This document shows positions 1 through 8,693 of a stretch of 64,000 nucleotides of DNA, piece by piece. Location: positions 17,696 to 81,695 of the forward strand of contig CAJUFJ010000003.1 in the NCBI GenBank assembly GCA_910585815.1, written 5' to 3'. The notes below the pieces were generated by a model. That model made no database searches, was not told the DNA's origin, and saw nothing but the letters and a program-made list of their open reading frames with translations. A program made the translations under genes and the position numbers. Position 1 is the first letter of the stretch; each line of letters begins with the position of its first letter. The stretch is from an uncultured Oscillospiraceae bacterium. Its GTDB lineage: Bacteria; Bacillota; Clostridia; Oscillospirales; Oscillospiraceae.

Positions 1-1
1 T

Positions 2-784
2 ATGCCTGACACCCCCATGGTGGCCGTGTTCGACACCGCTTTCCATCAGACCATGCCCGCCGCCGCCTATATGTACGCCCTGCCCTATGAGTACTACGAG
101 AAGGACAAGGTCCGCCGCTACGGCTTCCACGGCACCTCCCACAAGTACGTCACCCAGCGGGCCGCCGAGATGCTGGGCAAGCCCATCGAGAGCCTGAAGC
201 TGATCTCCTGCCACCTGGGCAACGGCTCCTCCATCGCCGCCGTGGACGGCGGCAAGTCGGTGGACACCTCCATGGGCTTCACCCCCCTGGCCGGCCTGCC
301 CATGGGCACCCGCTGCGGCGACATCGACGCGGGCATCCTCCAGTACCTGATGAACAAGTACGGCATGGACATCGACAAGATGCTCAATGTGCTCAACAAG
401 AAGTCCGGCGTGGAGGGCCTGAGCTGCGTCAGCTCCGACTTCCGCGACCTGGAGAACGCCGCCGCCGAGGGCAATGAGAAGGCCGAGCTGGCTCAGAAGA
501 AATTTGCCTACGAGGTCCGCAAGTATGTGGGCGCTTACGCCGCCGCCATGGGCGGGGTGGACGCCGTCATCTTCACCGCCGGCGTGGGCGAGAACGACAA
601 GGTAATCCGCGCTATGGCCTGCCAGGGTCTGGAGTTCATGGGCCTGAAGCTGGACGAGACCGCCAACGACGTCCGGGGCAAGGAGACCGTTATCTCCGCC
701 GCCGACTCCAAGGTGAAGGTGCTGCTCATCCCCACCAATGAGGAACTGATGATCGCCATTGACACCGCCGCGTTGGCCAAGTAA
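2..784 (+). CDS. ackA: acetate kinase, C-terminal part (5' end cut by window edge)
   Basis: Translation carries acetate kinase motifs ([31 protein letters not shown]). The ORF is open at the window start and ends with TAA at 782-784. Confidence 0.93.
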   Translation: MPDTPMVAVFDTAFHQTMPAAAYMYALPYEYYEKDKVRRYGFHGTSHKYVTQRAAEMLGKPIESLKLISCHLGNGSSIAAVDGGKSVDTSMGFTPLAGLPMGTRCGDIDAGILQYLMNKYGMDIDKMLNVLNKKSGVEGLSCVSSDFRDLENAAAEGNEKAELAQKKFAYEVRKYVGAYAAAMGGVDAVIFTAGVGENDKVIRAMACQGLEFMGLKLDETANDVRGKETVISAADSKVKVLLIPTNEELMIAIDTAALAK

Positions 785-801
785 ACGAACCCCACCGAAA
801 A

Positions 802-827
802 GGCGGACGCAGCGCGTCCGCCTTTTT
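802..827 (+). terminator. intrinsic terminator after ackA
   Basis: GGCGGACGC-AGC-GCGTCCGCC hairpin followed by TTTTT. Confidence 0.7.
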
Positions 828-833
828 GCGTCA

Positions 834-863
834 TTGACAACGGTCGTGTCCATACACTATAAT
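834..863 (+). promoter_or_regulatory. sigma-A-like promoter
   Basis: TTGACA (834-839), 18-nt spacer, TATAAT (858-863). It lies upstream of the 901 ORF, which has an AAGGAG RBS. Confidence 0.55.
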
Positions 864-900
864 AAAAAACGACCAACCAGAATTTAAGGAGACGTACAGC

Positions 901-1233
901 ATGAAAGACATGATTGCATATTGCGGGCTAGACTGCGAGAAATGCGACGCATACCTTGCAACGATCCACGACGACCAGGCCCTGCGTGAAAAGACTGCGA
1001 AATTGTGGGCTGAGTTAAATCAAGCTCCCATTCTGCCGGAACATATCAACTGCCAGGGCTGCCGTGTTGCGGGGATAAAAACCGTATTTTGTGACAGTCT
1101 CTGCGGTATCCGTCAGTGCGCGCTGAAAAAGGGCGTGGCGACATGCGGCGACTGCCCGGAGCTGGAGAAATGTGAGATTGTTGGAATGGTCATCGCCAAT
1201 AACCCGGAAACCCTGAAAAATTTAAAAGGATAA
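901..1233 (+). CDS. DUF3795-like cysteine-rich protein
   Basis: N-terminus is YCGLDCEKCDAY, with several later CxxC-type cysteine pairs. Family assigned from memory. Confidence 0.75.
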   Translation: MKDMIAYCGLDCEKCDAYLATIHDDQALREKTAKLWAELNQAPILPEHINCQGCRVAGIKTVFCDSLCGIRQCALKKGVATCGDCPELEKCEIVGMVIANNPETLKNLKG

Positions 1234-1255
1234 AACAGCAGAACAGGAGGCCGGC

Positions 1256-1456
1256 ATGGATATCCACGTCAACGATATACTAAAGATGAAGAAGCCCCAC
1301 CCCTGCGGCAGCGGAGAGTGGCTGGTTCTGCGGGTGGGGATGGACTTCAAGATGCGCTGCCAGGGCTGCGGCCGGGAGGTCATGCTGCCCCGAAGCAAAG
1401 CGGAAAAAAACATCAAGAAGGTTTTCCGGGACGGCCAGAGCGTGGAAAACCTGTAA
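1256..1456 (+). CDS. DUF951-like small protein
   Basis: 66 aa containing KKPHPCGS...W and RCQGCGR motifs. An AGGAGG RBS lies upstream. Confidence 0.75.
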   Translation: MDIHVNDILKMKKPHPCGSGEWLVLRVGMDFKMRCQGCGREVMLPRSKAEKNIKKVFRDGQSVENL

Positions 1457-1475
1457 AGGAAAGGAGCCTTACTAT

Positions 1476-2363
1476 ATGCGCTACGACAGCGATTTACTGT
1501 ACCGGCCGCCGGGGGAGTGGAAAAGCTACCTGCTCCAGTGCACCATCGGCTGCTCCAACAACCAGTGCACCTTCTGCGGGATGTACAAGGAGAAAAAATT
1601 CCGCATCCGCCCGGTGGCGGACATTCTGGAGGACATCGACATGGCCCGGGACTACTACGGCCCGGAACTGCGGCGGGTGTTCCTCATGGACGGCGACGCC
1701 ATCATCATGAAGACGGAGGAGCTGCTCCAAATCCTCCATAAGCTCTACGACCGCTTCCCCAAGCTGGAGAAGGTGACCCTCTACGCCGGGCCCAAGAGCA
1801 CCCTGTCCAAGACGCCGGAGGAGCTGCGTACCCTCCACGAGGCCGGGCTGTCCCGGGCCTACCTGGGGGTGGAGAGCGGCAGCGACCGGGTGCTCCAGTT
1901 CATCCACAAGGGCTGTTCCGCCGAGCAGATGCTACTGGCCGGCCAGCGGCTGGTGGAGGCGGGCATCGACCTGTGGGTCACCATCATCCTGGGGATGACC
2001 GGGGCCAATGGGGAGGGGGGCGACTGGGAGGAACACATCCTGTCCACCGCCAAAATGATTAACGAGATGAAGCCCCGGCACCTGTCGGCCATGACCTTCG
2101 CCCCTGCCAAGGGCACCCCTTTGGGAGAGGACGTGCTGGCCGGCCGGTTTGAGGTCTGCTCCGCCGACCACGTGCTGGAGGAGTGCCACCTGCTCATTGA
2201 ACACCTGGATGTGGACCCGCTCCATTTCACCAGCAACCACGCCTCCAACTACCTGCCCCTGAAGGGCGGCCTGCCGGAGGATAGGGAAAAATTCCTGGAC
2301 ATGATCGACCAGGCCCTGGCAGGCAAAATCCGCCTGCGCAAGACGCTGAACCGGGGCATTTGA
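1476..2363 (+). CDS. radical SAM protein
   Basis: Cys cluster CTIGCSNNQCTFCG near the N-terminus, GGEP-like and TIM-barrel-like segments, RBS AAGGAAAGGAG. Confidence 0.85.
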   Translation: MRYDSDLLYRPPGEWKSYLLQCTIGCSNNQCTFCGMYKEKKFRIRPVADILEDIDMARDYYGPELRRVFLMDGDAIIMKTEELLQILHKLYDRFPKLEKVTLYAGPKSTLSKTPEELRTLHEAGLSRAYLGVESGSDRVLQFIHKGCSAEQMLLAGQRLVEAGIDLWVTIILGMTGANGEGGDWEEHILSTAKMINEMKPRHLSAMTFAPAKGTPLGEDVLAGRFEVCSADHVLEECHLLIEHLDVDPLHFTSNHASNYLPLKGGLPEDREKFLDMIDQALAGKIRLRKTLNRGI

Positions 2364-2377
2364 CCCCGAAAATCCTC

Positions 2378-2417
2378 CCGCCTCCCGGCCTGCTGGATCC
2401 GGGAGGCGGTCTTTGTT
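2378..2417 (+). terminator. intrinsic terminator
   Basis: CCGCCTCCCGG / CCGGGAGGCGG stem followed by TCTTTGTT. Confidence 0.7.
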
Positions 2418-2597
2418 CGGATACACGATTTCTGTCATTTTTTGGGTGGGACAGACGAAAGTGGAAGGAAACACGGTTATTCCTGTGAGTTTTGAACAAC
2501 TTATATAAGATAGCGCAGTCATTTCTAGTTAATTTTGCCCTTGCTTTGCATTTCGGAATTGGTTACAATGTGGTTACAAAAGTAACAGGGGTTGCTT

Positions 2598-2634
2598 TTG
2601 GTTGTCATAATTAGGGCCTTGGTTGTCATAATTT
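2598..2634 (+). promoter_or_regulatory. 15-bp direct repeat TTGGTTGTCATAATT x2; possible sporulation-sigma promoter
   Basis: Exact copies at 2598-2612 and 2619-2633. TCATAATT, 14 nt, CATAATTT resembles my recalled sigma-E-type -35/-10 layout. Confidence 0.3.
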
Positions 2635-2667
2635 TGACACAACTACAATCCAAAAGGAGTGCAGACA

Positions 2668-3681
2668 ATGAAGCGAAAGCTGATTTCTATTCTGCTCAGC
2701 ATCTTTGCCATGCTCCTCCTGATGGGCGCTGCCGCCAATCCTGACCCGGCAGCCGCCCTCGTGCCAGAGGAGGAGAGCACCGCTTCCACCGATGCGGCGC
2801 TTGAGACTGAAGCGCAATTGCCCGACGAAAACGCGGAGCAGGCAGAGGACGAGACCCCCGAGGAAACCCCCTCGGAGAGCGAGGACCCCTCCCAGGGGGA
2901 GGACCTTGGAGAGGGAGAGCCCCCTGTCGTTGTGCCGGCGGGAGACCCCAGCCTGCTCATTAACGGCCAGCCAGCCCCCCTGGAGCTGAACAAGGAGATG
3001 CAGAAGGGGACTACCTATGTGTCTCTGTCCGTCATGGCCCGGCAACTGGCGCCCAACGCCCAGATCAGCTGGAACGGCTCCGCCGCCACGGTGGTGACCG
3101 ATCAGCTGACCCTCACCGCCGAGGTGGGCCAGCTCTATGTGGTGGCCAACGGCCGGTATCTCTATACCCCTGAGCTGGTTCAGATCAATCATGCAAGTCA
3201 GGTCATCGTCCCCCTGCGGGTGGTGGCCAAGGCCTTCGACGCCGCAGTGGGCTACGACGCGGCCACCGGTCTGACCACCGTGACCAGCGGCTCGGGCGCT
3301 ATCCTCAACGGCGAGAGCTTCTATAACCCCGACGACCTGTTCTGGCTGTCCCGGGTGATTCACCGGGAGAGCGGCAATCAGCCCATGGAGGGTAGGATGG
3401 CGGTGGGCAATGTGGTGCTCAACCGGGTGTCTGACCCCATTTTCCCCGACACGGTAGAGGGGGTGCTGGCTCAGAAAAACCAGTTCAGCACCTACAAATC
3501 CGGGGTGCTGGCCGCCACGGAGCCCTCGGAAAACAGCACCATTGCCGCCAAGCTGGTTATGGACGGCGGCGTGGTGGAGGAGACCCAGGGTGCGCTGTTC
3601 TTCGACTCCGGCGTAAACAGCTGGGCCGCCCGGAACAAGCGGCACATCGCCACCATCGGCGGACACAAATTCTACGGCTAA
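2668..3681 (+). CDS. SleB-family cell wall hydrolase with signal peptide and copper-amine-oxidase-N-like stalk domain
   Basis: C-terminus has RVIHRESGNQPMEGRMAVGNVVLNRV (Hydrolase_2/SleB-like). The ATG at 2668 sits 8 nt after AAGGAG; the track ORF begins at a GTG at 2659. Confidence 0.85.
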   Translation: MKRKLISILLSIFAMLLLMGAAANPDPAAALVPEEESTASTDAALETEAQLPDENAEQAEDETPEETPSESEDPSQGEDLGEGEPPVVVPAGDPSLLINGQPAPLELNKEMQKGTTYVSLSVMARQLAPNAQISWNGSAATVVTDQLTLTAEVGQLYVVANGRYLYTPELVQINHASQVIVPLRVVAKAFDAAVGYDAATGLTTVTSGSGAILNGESFYNPDDLFWLSRVIHRESGNQPMEGRMAVGNVVLNRVSDPIFPDTVEGVLAQKNQFSTYKSGVLAATEPSENSTIAAKLVMDGGVVEETQGALFFDSGVNSWAARNKRHIATIGGHKFYG

Positions 3682-3685
3682 GCAG

Positions 3686-3720
3686 ATCAGGGATGCCTTT
3701 TTGGCATCCCTGATTTCTAT
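3686..3720 (+). terminator. intrinsic terminator
   Basis: ATCAGGGATGCC-TTTTT-GGCATCCCTGAT hairpin followed by a T-rich tail. Confidence 0.7.
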
Positions 3721-3754
3721 ATAAGAAAACAGGGACGTGTAAAACACGTCCCTG
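3721..3754 (-). terminator. intrinsic terminator for the minus-strand operon
   Basis: CAGGGACGTG / CACGTCCCTG hairpin. On the minus strand it is followed by TTTTCTTAT. Confidence 0.65.
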
Positions 3755-3764
3755 CTGTTCTCTC

Positions 3765-4343
3765 TTAAACCGCCTGCATCCGTCTGACGATATCAAGCAG
3801 GACGGTCAGCGGCTCCTTATCTTGGCTATCCTCCTGGCCCTGCCGGGCTAGTATGCTCTCCAGCCAGCGGACCAGGTCGCCGTCTGCGTCTTCCAGCGAC
3901 TGGAGCGGCTGGTTTTCACCGCCGATCACATAGGCTGAGCCGCATCCCATGCCGCCGGCCGCAAATGTTCCCGGGTCCATGTTCAGGATTCGCCACCCGT
4001 GATGTCCTAATTTCATTGCGTCAAAGCGAGACAGTGCGCCTGCCTCAATCAGGTCGTCCAGAAATGCGTCGTACTGGCCTTGGGTCATACTGCGGGGGTC
4101 GTACTTGTCGGCCAGAGCGGCGAGCTCCTGGTCGGACAGTCCGGTCCGGAGGGCAGTGCCCGCTGCACAGGTATCACAGTTGGGGGACTGTGAGGCGCCG
4201 CCCTTGCGGGCGCTGTCAGTCTGTTTCAGAATGTCGTCAAAATTTTTCGCGTGCCAGCTCCCGTCGGACCGCTGGGTCAGGTTCAGCTTCGTTTGGACCG
4301 GTGTGCCGTTACGGAACGCTACGGCTGTTAAAGTAATGTCCAT
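3765..4343 (-). CDS. hypothetical protein, paralog of the upstream ORF
   Basis: 192-aa ORF with a GGAGAAG RBS. It shares the LADKYDPRSMTQGQYDAFLDDLIEAG segment with 4374-4973. Confidence 0.6.
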   Translation of the reverse strand: MDITLTAVAFRNGTPVQTKLNLTQRSDGSWHAKNFDDILKQTDSARKGGASQSPNCDTCAAGTALRTGLSDQELAALADKYDPRSMTQGQYDAFLDDLIEAGALSRFDAMKLGHHGWRILNMDPGTFAAGGMGCGSAYVIGGENQPLQSLEDADGDLVRWLESILARQGQEDSQDKEPLTVLLDIVRRMQAV

Positions 4344-4373
4344 AAGTTTGCACTTCTCCGCAAATCGACTTCC

Positions 4374-4973
4374 TTATCTGAATTTCGATATCCCTATCAA
4401 ATCATATATCGGACTGGAGCTGGAAAAGATAACCGCACCTTGCGGAGAAAATGGACACGGCAGGGCGGTGGAGCATCCCTCCTGCCGGGCAATCCGAAAC
4501 ATCTGTATACGGTCCTCACGGTCCTTCTGGGCCTTCTGTTCGGGTTTCTCGGTATTACCGTCGGGGAAGTTACTCTCGTCCTTTTTGATAGGATGAAAGT
4601 CCCCCAAAAACCGTGCAACATTGAACGGCCCTGTGGGTGTTCTTGCAGGCTCAAACGATGCTTGCCACCCTGTAATGCATACACGTTCTCCCGGGTCGTA
4701 GTCCAGGGGTTTCGGACGTTCGACCAGTCCCTTATCAGCCAAAAAGTCAACAATATCCTTGTACTCCTGAGAAGTCATTTTGCTCATGTCGCATTTATCC
4801 GAAAGCGACTCAATTTCCTCTGCTGTAAGTTTGTTTTCTCCAGTTTTGGCCAGCTCAGACTCCTTTGCCAGGATATCCGAAAAAAAGCCCGGGATGGGAG
4901 TGACCATCAGTTTTTCTCTATCGAACCTGTAACCAGGCGCCGTGGCGTATAATGCTAAATCATAAGTGCTCAA
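4374..4973 (-). CDS. hypothetical protein, paralog of the downstream ORF
   Basis: 199-aa ORF containing LSDKCDMSKMTSQEYKDIVDFLADKG. It lies 15 nt downstream of the XRE gene. Confidence 0.6.
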   Translation of the reverse strand: MSTYDLALYATAPGYRFDREKLMVTPIPGFFSDILAKESELAKTGENKLTAEEIESLSDKCDMSKMTSQEYKDIVDFLADKGLVERPKPLDYDPGERVCITGWQASFEPARTPTGPFNVARFLGDFHPIKKDESNFPDGNTEKPEQKAQKDREDRIQMFRIARQEGCSTALPCPFSPQGAVIFSSSSPIYDLIGISKFR

Positions 4974-4988
4974 TTGAATTTTCTCCTT

Positions 4989-5510
4989 TCATGGTGACGG
5001 TTCTTCCTCCAGAAGACCTTTTACCGTCGTCTCTAACCAGTTTAATTCATCTTCAATGTCTGTGGGGGTCCGCTCCAGCTGGGCGGGGGGGAGGTCTTTT
5101 ATCATGACTTGTTCTCCCAGGTCCAGTTTTTCCTTCCGGGGGAGATTGAGACCAATCAAAACTCCCACGCCGACAAGCAGAACGGCCAGAAGTAGAGAAG
5201 CCAGCGCGGTGCGGGGTCTGAACACCCGGACCGGCAGGGGTGAGGGAGGCGGTGTCTCCTCCTGTATTTTTCCCTCTGGGACTTTTTCCTCTGTCTGCGC
5301 CGCCGGGACTGTAGTCTCATTTTGAATCAAGTCATCCAGCGGCACACCGTACACCTCGCTCAGGCTCACCAGATTGTCCAGCGTGGGGACCGCCGTTCCC
5401 ACCTCCCATCTTGATACGGCCTGACGGGAGACCTGCAGGGCCTCGGCCAGCTCCAGCTGTGTCAGTCCCTTTTCCTTCCGCAGCTGGGACAGCTTTTTCT
5501 TCAAGTCCAT
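4989..5510 (-). CDS. XRE-family HTH regulator with C-terminal transmembrane segment and extracytoplasmic tail
   Basis: N-terminus GLTQLELAEALQVSRQAVSRWE is an HTH_3 pattern. Hydrophobic stretch LASLLLAVLLVGVGVLIGL follows. Confidence 0.8.
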   Translation of the reverse strand: MDLKKKLSQLRKEKGLTQLELAEALQVSRQAVSRWEVGTAVPTLDNLVSLSEVYGVPLDDLIQNETTVPAAQTEEKVPEGKIQEETPPPSPLPVRVFRPRTALASLLLAVLLVGVGVLIGLNLPRKEKLDLGEQVMIKDLPPAQLERTPTDIEDELNWLETTVKGLLEEEPSP

Positions 5511-5766
5511 ATATGCTCACCTCGTCCAGTGTAGGGGTAGCGCCCCCAAAAGTAAACCGCATCCCCGTTGCATTGGGGCAACTGGCAGTTGCACAGGGCT
5601 TTTTTCTCCCATTATACCGAAAAGCCCGCCCAAGCACAAGCTGCGCCCGCATTTGCAGGTCCAACGGATTTTGGGCGAAGTTTTTTAAAATGGGGCTTTT
5701 CTTTTTGTATATTCATGTATATAATACTCTAGGAAGTTTATGGACCTGTATTAGGAGGCTGTACTG

Positions 5767-6258
5767 ATGACAAGAAGCAGTGCGAGAGAGATTGCCATTC
5801 ACATTATTTTCACCTTGGGCTTCGACACCCGCAGCGCCCAGGAGGTGCTGGACGCCGAACTGACCCGGGAGCGGTTCCGGGAGCTGGCAGAGGAGCTGCC
5901 CCTCTATGAGCAGTTCCCCAACGAGAAACAGGAGCGGTACATACGGGAGTTGGTCCAGGGGGTGTTCGCCCACGGGCCGGAGCTGGACGACTGCATCAGC
6001 CGCTACTCGGTGGGCTGGTCCTTTGCCCGCATCCCCCGTATGGCGGCGGCGGTGATGCGCACCGCCATGTATGAGGTTCTCTACATGCCCGACATCCCCA
6101 ACGCCGCCGCCATCAATGAGGCGGTGGAGATCGCCAAGCGGTATGAGCCGGCGGACGTGGTATCCTTCGTCAACGGCATCCTGGGCACCTTCGTCCGCAC
6201 GGAGTTTGAGGACACCCCGCCCCGGCCGGAGAAGAAGGCCCCGGAGGAGGAAGCGTGA
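5767..6258 (+). CDS. nusB: transcription antitermination factor NusB
   Basis: NusB-like sequence (SAREIAIHIIF..., AINEAVEIAKRY). RBS is AGGAGG. Confidence 0.9.
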   Translation: MTRSSAREIAIHIIFTLGFDTRSAQEVLDAELTRERFRELAEELPLYEQFPNEKQERYIRELVQGVFAHGPELDDCISRYSVGWSFARIPRMAAAVMRTAMYEVLYMPDIPNAAAINEAVEIAKRYEPADVVSFVNGILGTFVRTEFEDTPPRPEKKAPEEEA

Positions 6259-7184
6259 TGTCTGTTCTGGGGCTGGACACCAGCAACTACACCACCTCCG
6301 TCGCCCTCTTTGACGGGGAGACGGGGGTGAATCTCGGCCGCCTGCTGGAGGTGCGTCCCGGCGAGCTGGGCCTGCGGCAGAGCGACGCCCTGTTTCAGCA
6401 CGTGAAACACCTGCCCCAGCTGCTGGAGCAGCTGGAGATAGGGGACATCCGGGCGGTAGGGGCCTCCACCCGTCCCAGGGCGGTGGAGGGCTCCTACATG
6501 CCCTGCTTTCTGGCGGGGGAGAGCCAGGGCCGGGGGATTGCCGCCGCCTTGGGCGTCCCGTTCTATGCCCACTCCCACCAGCAGGGACACCTGGCTGCCG
6601 CCACCTGGTCTGCCGGGCGGATGGACCTCCTCAATGCCCCCTTTCTGGCCTGGCACCTGTCGGGGGGAACCACCGAGCTGCTGCTGGTAAGGCCGGAGGG
6701 GACCTCCGTCACCGCCGAAATCATCGGCGGCACCAGCGACCTGTCCGCCGGACAGCTCATCGACCGCACCGGCGTGCTGCTGGGGCTGCCATTCCCGGCG
6801 GGGAAGGCGCTGGACGGGCTGTATACCCAGGCGGATACCTGCTATGAGCCAAGGGTAAAGCTAAAAGACCTTACATTTTCTCTGTCCGGGATGGAGAACC
6901 AGGTGAAGGCCCTGGCGGAGGAGGGCGAGAAACCGGCCAACATTGCCCGCTTTGCCATCGACGCGGTTTCCAACGTGGTATGGCGCGCCACCCAGGAGGC
7001 CCAACAGCGTTACCTCGGCCTGCCGGTGCTGTGCTCCGGGGGCGTGGCCTCCAATTCCCAGCTGCGGGCGGGACTGACCAAGCTCTGTGGGGCCATTTTT
7101 GCCGAGCCCCGGTATTCCACCGACAACGCCATGGGGACTGCTATTCTCACCTGGCGGGCGCTGAAAGCGGGGGAGCGGTCATGA
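6255..7184 (+). CDS. Kae1/TsaD-like (peptidase M22 family) protein
   Basis: LGLDTSNYTTS, HSHQQGHL and SGGVASN motifs. It occupies the usual clostridial position between nusB and xseA. Confidence 0.8.
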   Translation: MMSVLGLDTSNYTTSVALFDGETGVNLGRLLEVRPGELGLRQSDALFQHVKHLPQLLEQLEIGDIRAVGASTRPRAVEGSYMPCFLAGESQGRGIAAALGVPFYAHSHQQGHLAAATWSAGRMDLLNAPFLAWHLSGGTTELLLVRPEGTSVTAEIIGGTSDLSAGQLIDRTGVLLGLPFPAGKALDGLYTQADTCYEPRVKLKDLTFSLSGMENQVKALAEEGEKPANIARFAIDAVSNVVWRATQEAQQRYLGLPVLCSGGVASNSQLRAGLTKLCGAIFAEPRYSTDNAMGTAILTWRALKAGERS

Positions 7185-8440
7185 GAGAGGACGCCATCCT
7201 GTCCCCCAGCCAGGTGGGGCAGTATCTGAAAAACATGATGGACCGGGACCATCTGCTCTCCCGGCTGCTGGTGCGGGGGGAGCTGTCCAACTACAAGATG
7301 TACCCCTCCGGGCACCACTATTTCACCCTGAAGGACGGGGAGGGGGCCCTGCGGTGCGTCATGTTCCGCAGCGACGCCCAGTCCCTGCGCTTTCGGCCGG
7401 AGAACGGGATGCAGGTGATTGCCGCCGGCCGGGTGACCGTCTTCCCGCGGGACGGCCAATACCAGATGTACTGCGCCCGACTCACCCCCGAGGGGGTGGG
7501 GGATCTGGCCCTGGCCTTCGAGCAGTTGAAGGAGAAGCTGGCCCGGGAAGGGCTCTTTGACCCGGCTCACAAGAAGGACATTCCAGTATTTCCCAGGAAA
7601 ATAGCCCTGATTACCTCCCCAGCCGGGGCGGCGGTGCGGGACATGATCCGCATTTTAGGGGCCCGCTGGCCTCTGGCGGAGGTGACGGTCATCCCTGTCC
7701 GTGTCCAGGGGGCGGAGGCCCCCCAGGAGATTGCCGCCGCCATCCGCTGGGCGGACGCCAACCAGGTGGCCGACCTGCTGATCACCGGGCGGGGGGGCGG
7801 CTCCATGGAGGACCTGTGGGCCTTCAACGAGGAGATCGTGGCCCGGGCCATCTACAGTGTGGACACCCCCATTATCTCCGCCGTGGGCCACGAGCCCGAT
7901 GTGACCATCGCCGACTTTGTGGCCGACCTGCGGGCGTCCACCCCGTCCAACGCCGCCGAGCTGGCGGTGCCCGACCAAAATGAGGTCTACGGAGCCCTTC
8001 TGGGGGTGGGGGAGCGGCTGGAGCGGGCCCTGGCCGTCCGGCTGACCCGGCACCGGCAGACGCTGGACCGCCTGACCGCCAGCCGTCCCATGACCGAGCC
8101 AGCCGCCTATTTTCGGGAGAAGCGCCTGCTGCTGGACTTTCAGAGCAGCCGCCTGGCCCACGGCCTGCGCAGCTCCGCCGCTGGACAGCGGGAGCGGCTG
8201 AGCCGGCTGTCGGCGGCGCTCCCCGGCAGCGCGGCCCGGGCTGTTACACAGCGCCGGGAGCGGCTCAACGCCTTGGCCGCCTCTCTGGACGCCCTGAGTC
8301 CCCTGAAGGTGCTGGGCCGGGGCTACGCCATCGCCCGGCGGGCGGACGGAAAGGCCGTGGTTTCCACCGGCGATGTGGCGCCCGGCGACAAGCTGAACCT
8401 GACCTTATCGGACGGCAGTGTAGACTGCCGGGTACTTTAA
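7181..8440 (+). CDS. xseA: exodeoxyribonuclease VII large subunit
   Basis: OB-fold N-terminus and an ITGRGGGSMEDLWAFN motif. The ATG at 7181 overlaps the previous stop (ATGA); the longer track ORF from 6980 is an upstream extension. Confidence 0.92.
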   Translation: MREDAILSPSQVGQYLKNMMDRDHLLSRLLVRGELSNYKMYPSGHHYFTLKDGEGALRCVMFRSDAQSLRFRPENGMQVIAAGRVTVFPRDGQYQMYCARLTPEGVGDLALAFEQLKEKLAREGLFDPAHKKDIPVFPRKIALITSPAGAAVRDMIRILGARWPLAEVTVIPVRVQGAEAPQEIAAAIRWADANQVADLLITGRGGGSMEDLWAFNEEIVARAIYSVDTPIISAVGHEPDVTIADFVADLRASTPSNAAELAVPDQNEVYGALLGVGERLERALAVRLTRHRQTLDRLTASRPMTEPAAYFREKRLLLDFQSSRLAHGLRSSAAGQRERLSRLSAALPGSAARAVTQRRERLNALAASLDALSPLKVLGRGYAIARRADGKAVVSTGDVAPGDKLNLTLSDGSVDCRVL

Positions 8441-8455
8441 AAAGGAGAGCAAGCA

Positions 8456-8692
8456 ATGGCCGCAAGAAAGAAACTGAATTTTGAGAGCTCCATGGCCCGG
8501 CTGGAGGAAATCGTGTCCCTTCTGGAGAAGGGGGACGCCCCCCTGGAGAAGGCCATGAGCCTCTTTGAGGAGGGGGCCGGGCTGCTGCGGGAGTGCACCA
8601 AGCAGCTGGACGAGGCGGAGCAGAAGGTCACCCTTCTCACCGCCGGAAAAGATGGAGAACTGAGAGAGGAGCCCTTCCCGGGCAAGGACTGA
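8456..8692 (+). CDS. xseB: exodeoxyribonuclease VII small subunit
   Basis: 78 aa with FESSMARLEEIVSLLEKGDAPLE, a typical XseB N-terminus. Confidence 0.9.
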   Translation: MAARKKLNFESSMARLEEIVSLLEKGDAPLEKAMSLFEEGAGLLRECTKQLDEAEQKVTLLTAGKDGELREEPFPGKD

Positions 8693-8693
8693 C

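Noticed and set aside
901-2363. Two small Cys-rich ORFs followed by a radical SAM enzyme, read as a new RiPP cluster.
   Set aside because: The small proteins look like members of widespread domain families (DUF3795-like, DUF951-like) rather than leader/core precursor peptides. No transporter or protease is nearby. I kept only a low-interest note about the unusual Cys spacing.
5511-5766. A possible riboswitch or leader in the 256-nt divergent region before nusB.
   Set aside because: I saw only a short hairpin (GCAACTGGCAGTTGC) and a TATAAT-like element. No conserved riboswitch motifs were recognised.
6980-7180. A long N-terminal extension of xseA that overlaps the previous gene.
   Set aside because: The XseA-like sequence starts at MREDAILSP (7181), with an ATGA overlap to the upstream stop. 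The extension is Arg/Gly/Pro-rich and lies out of frame inside the upstream gene.
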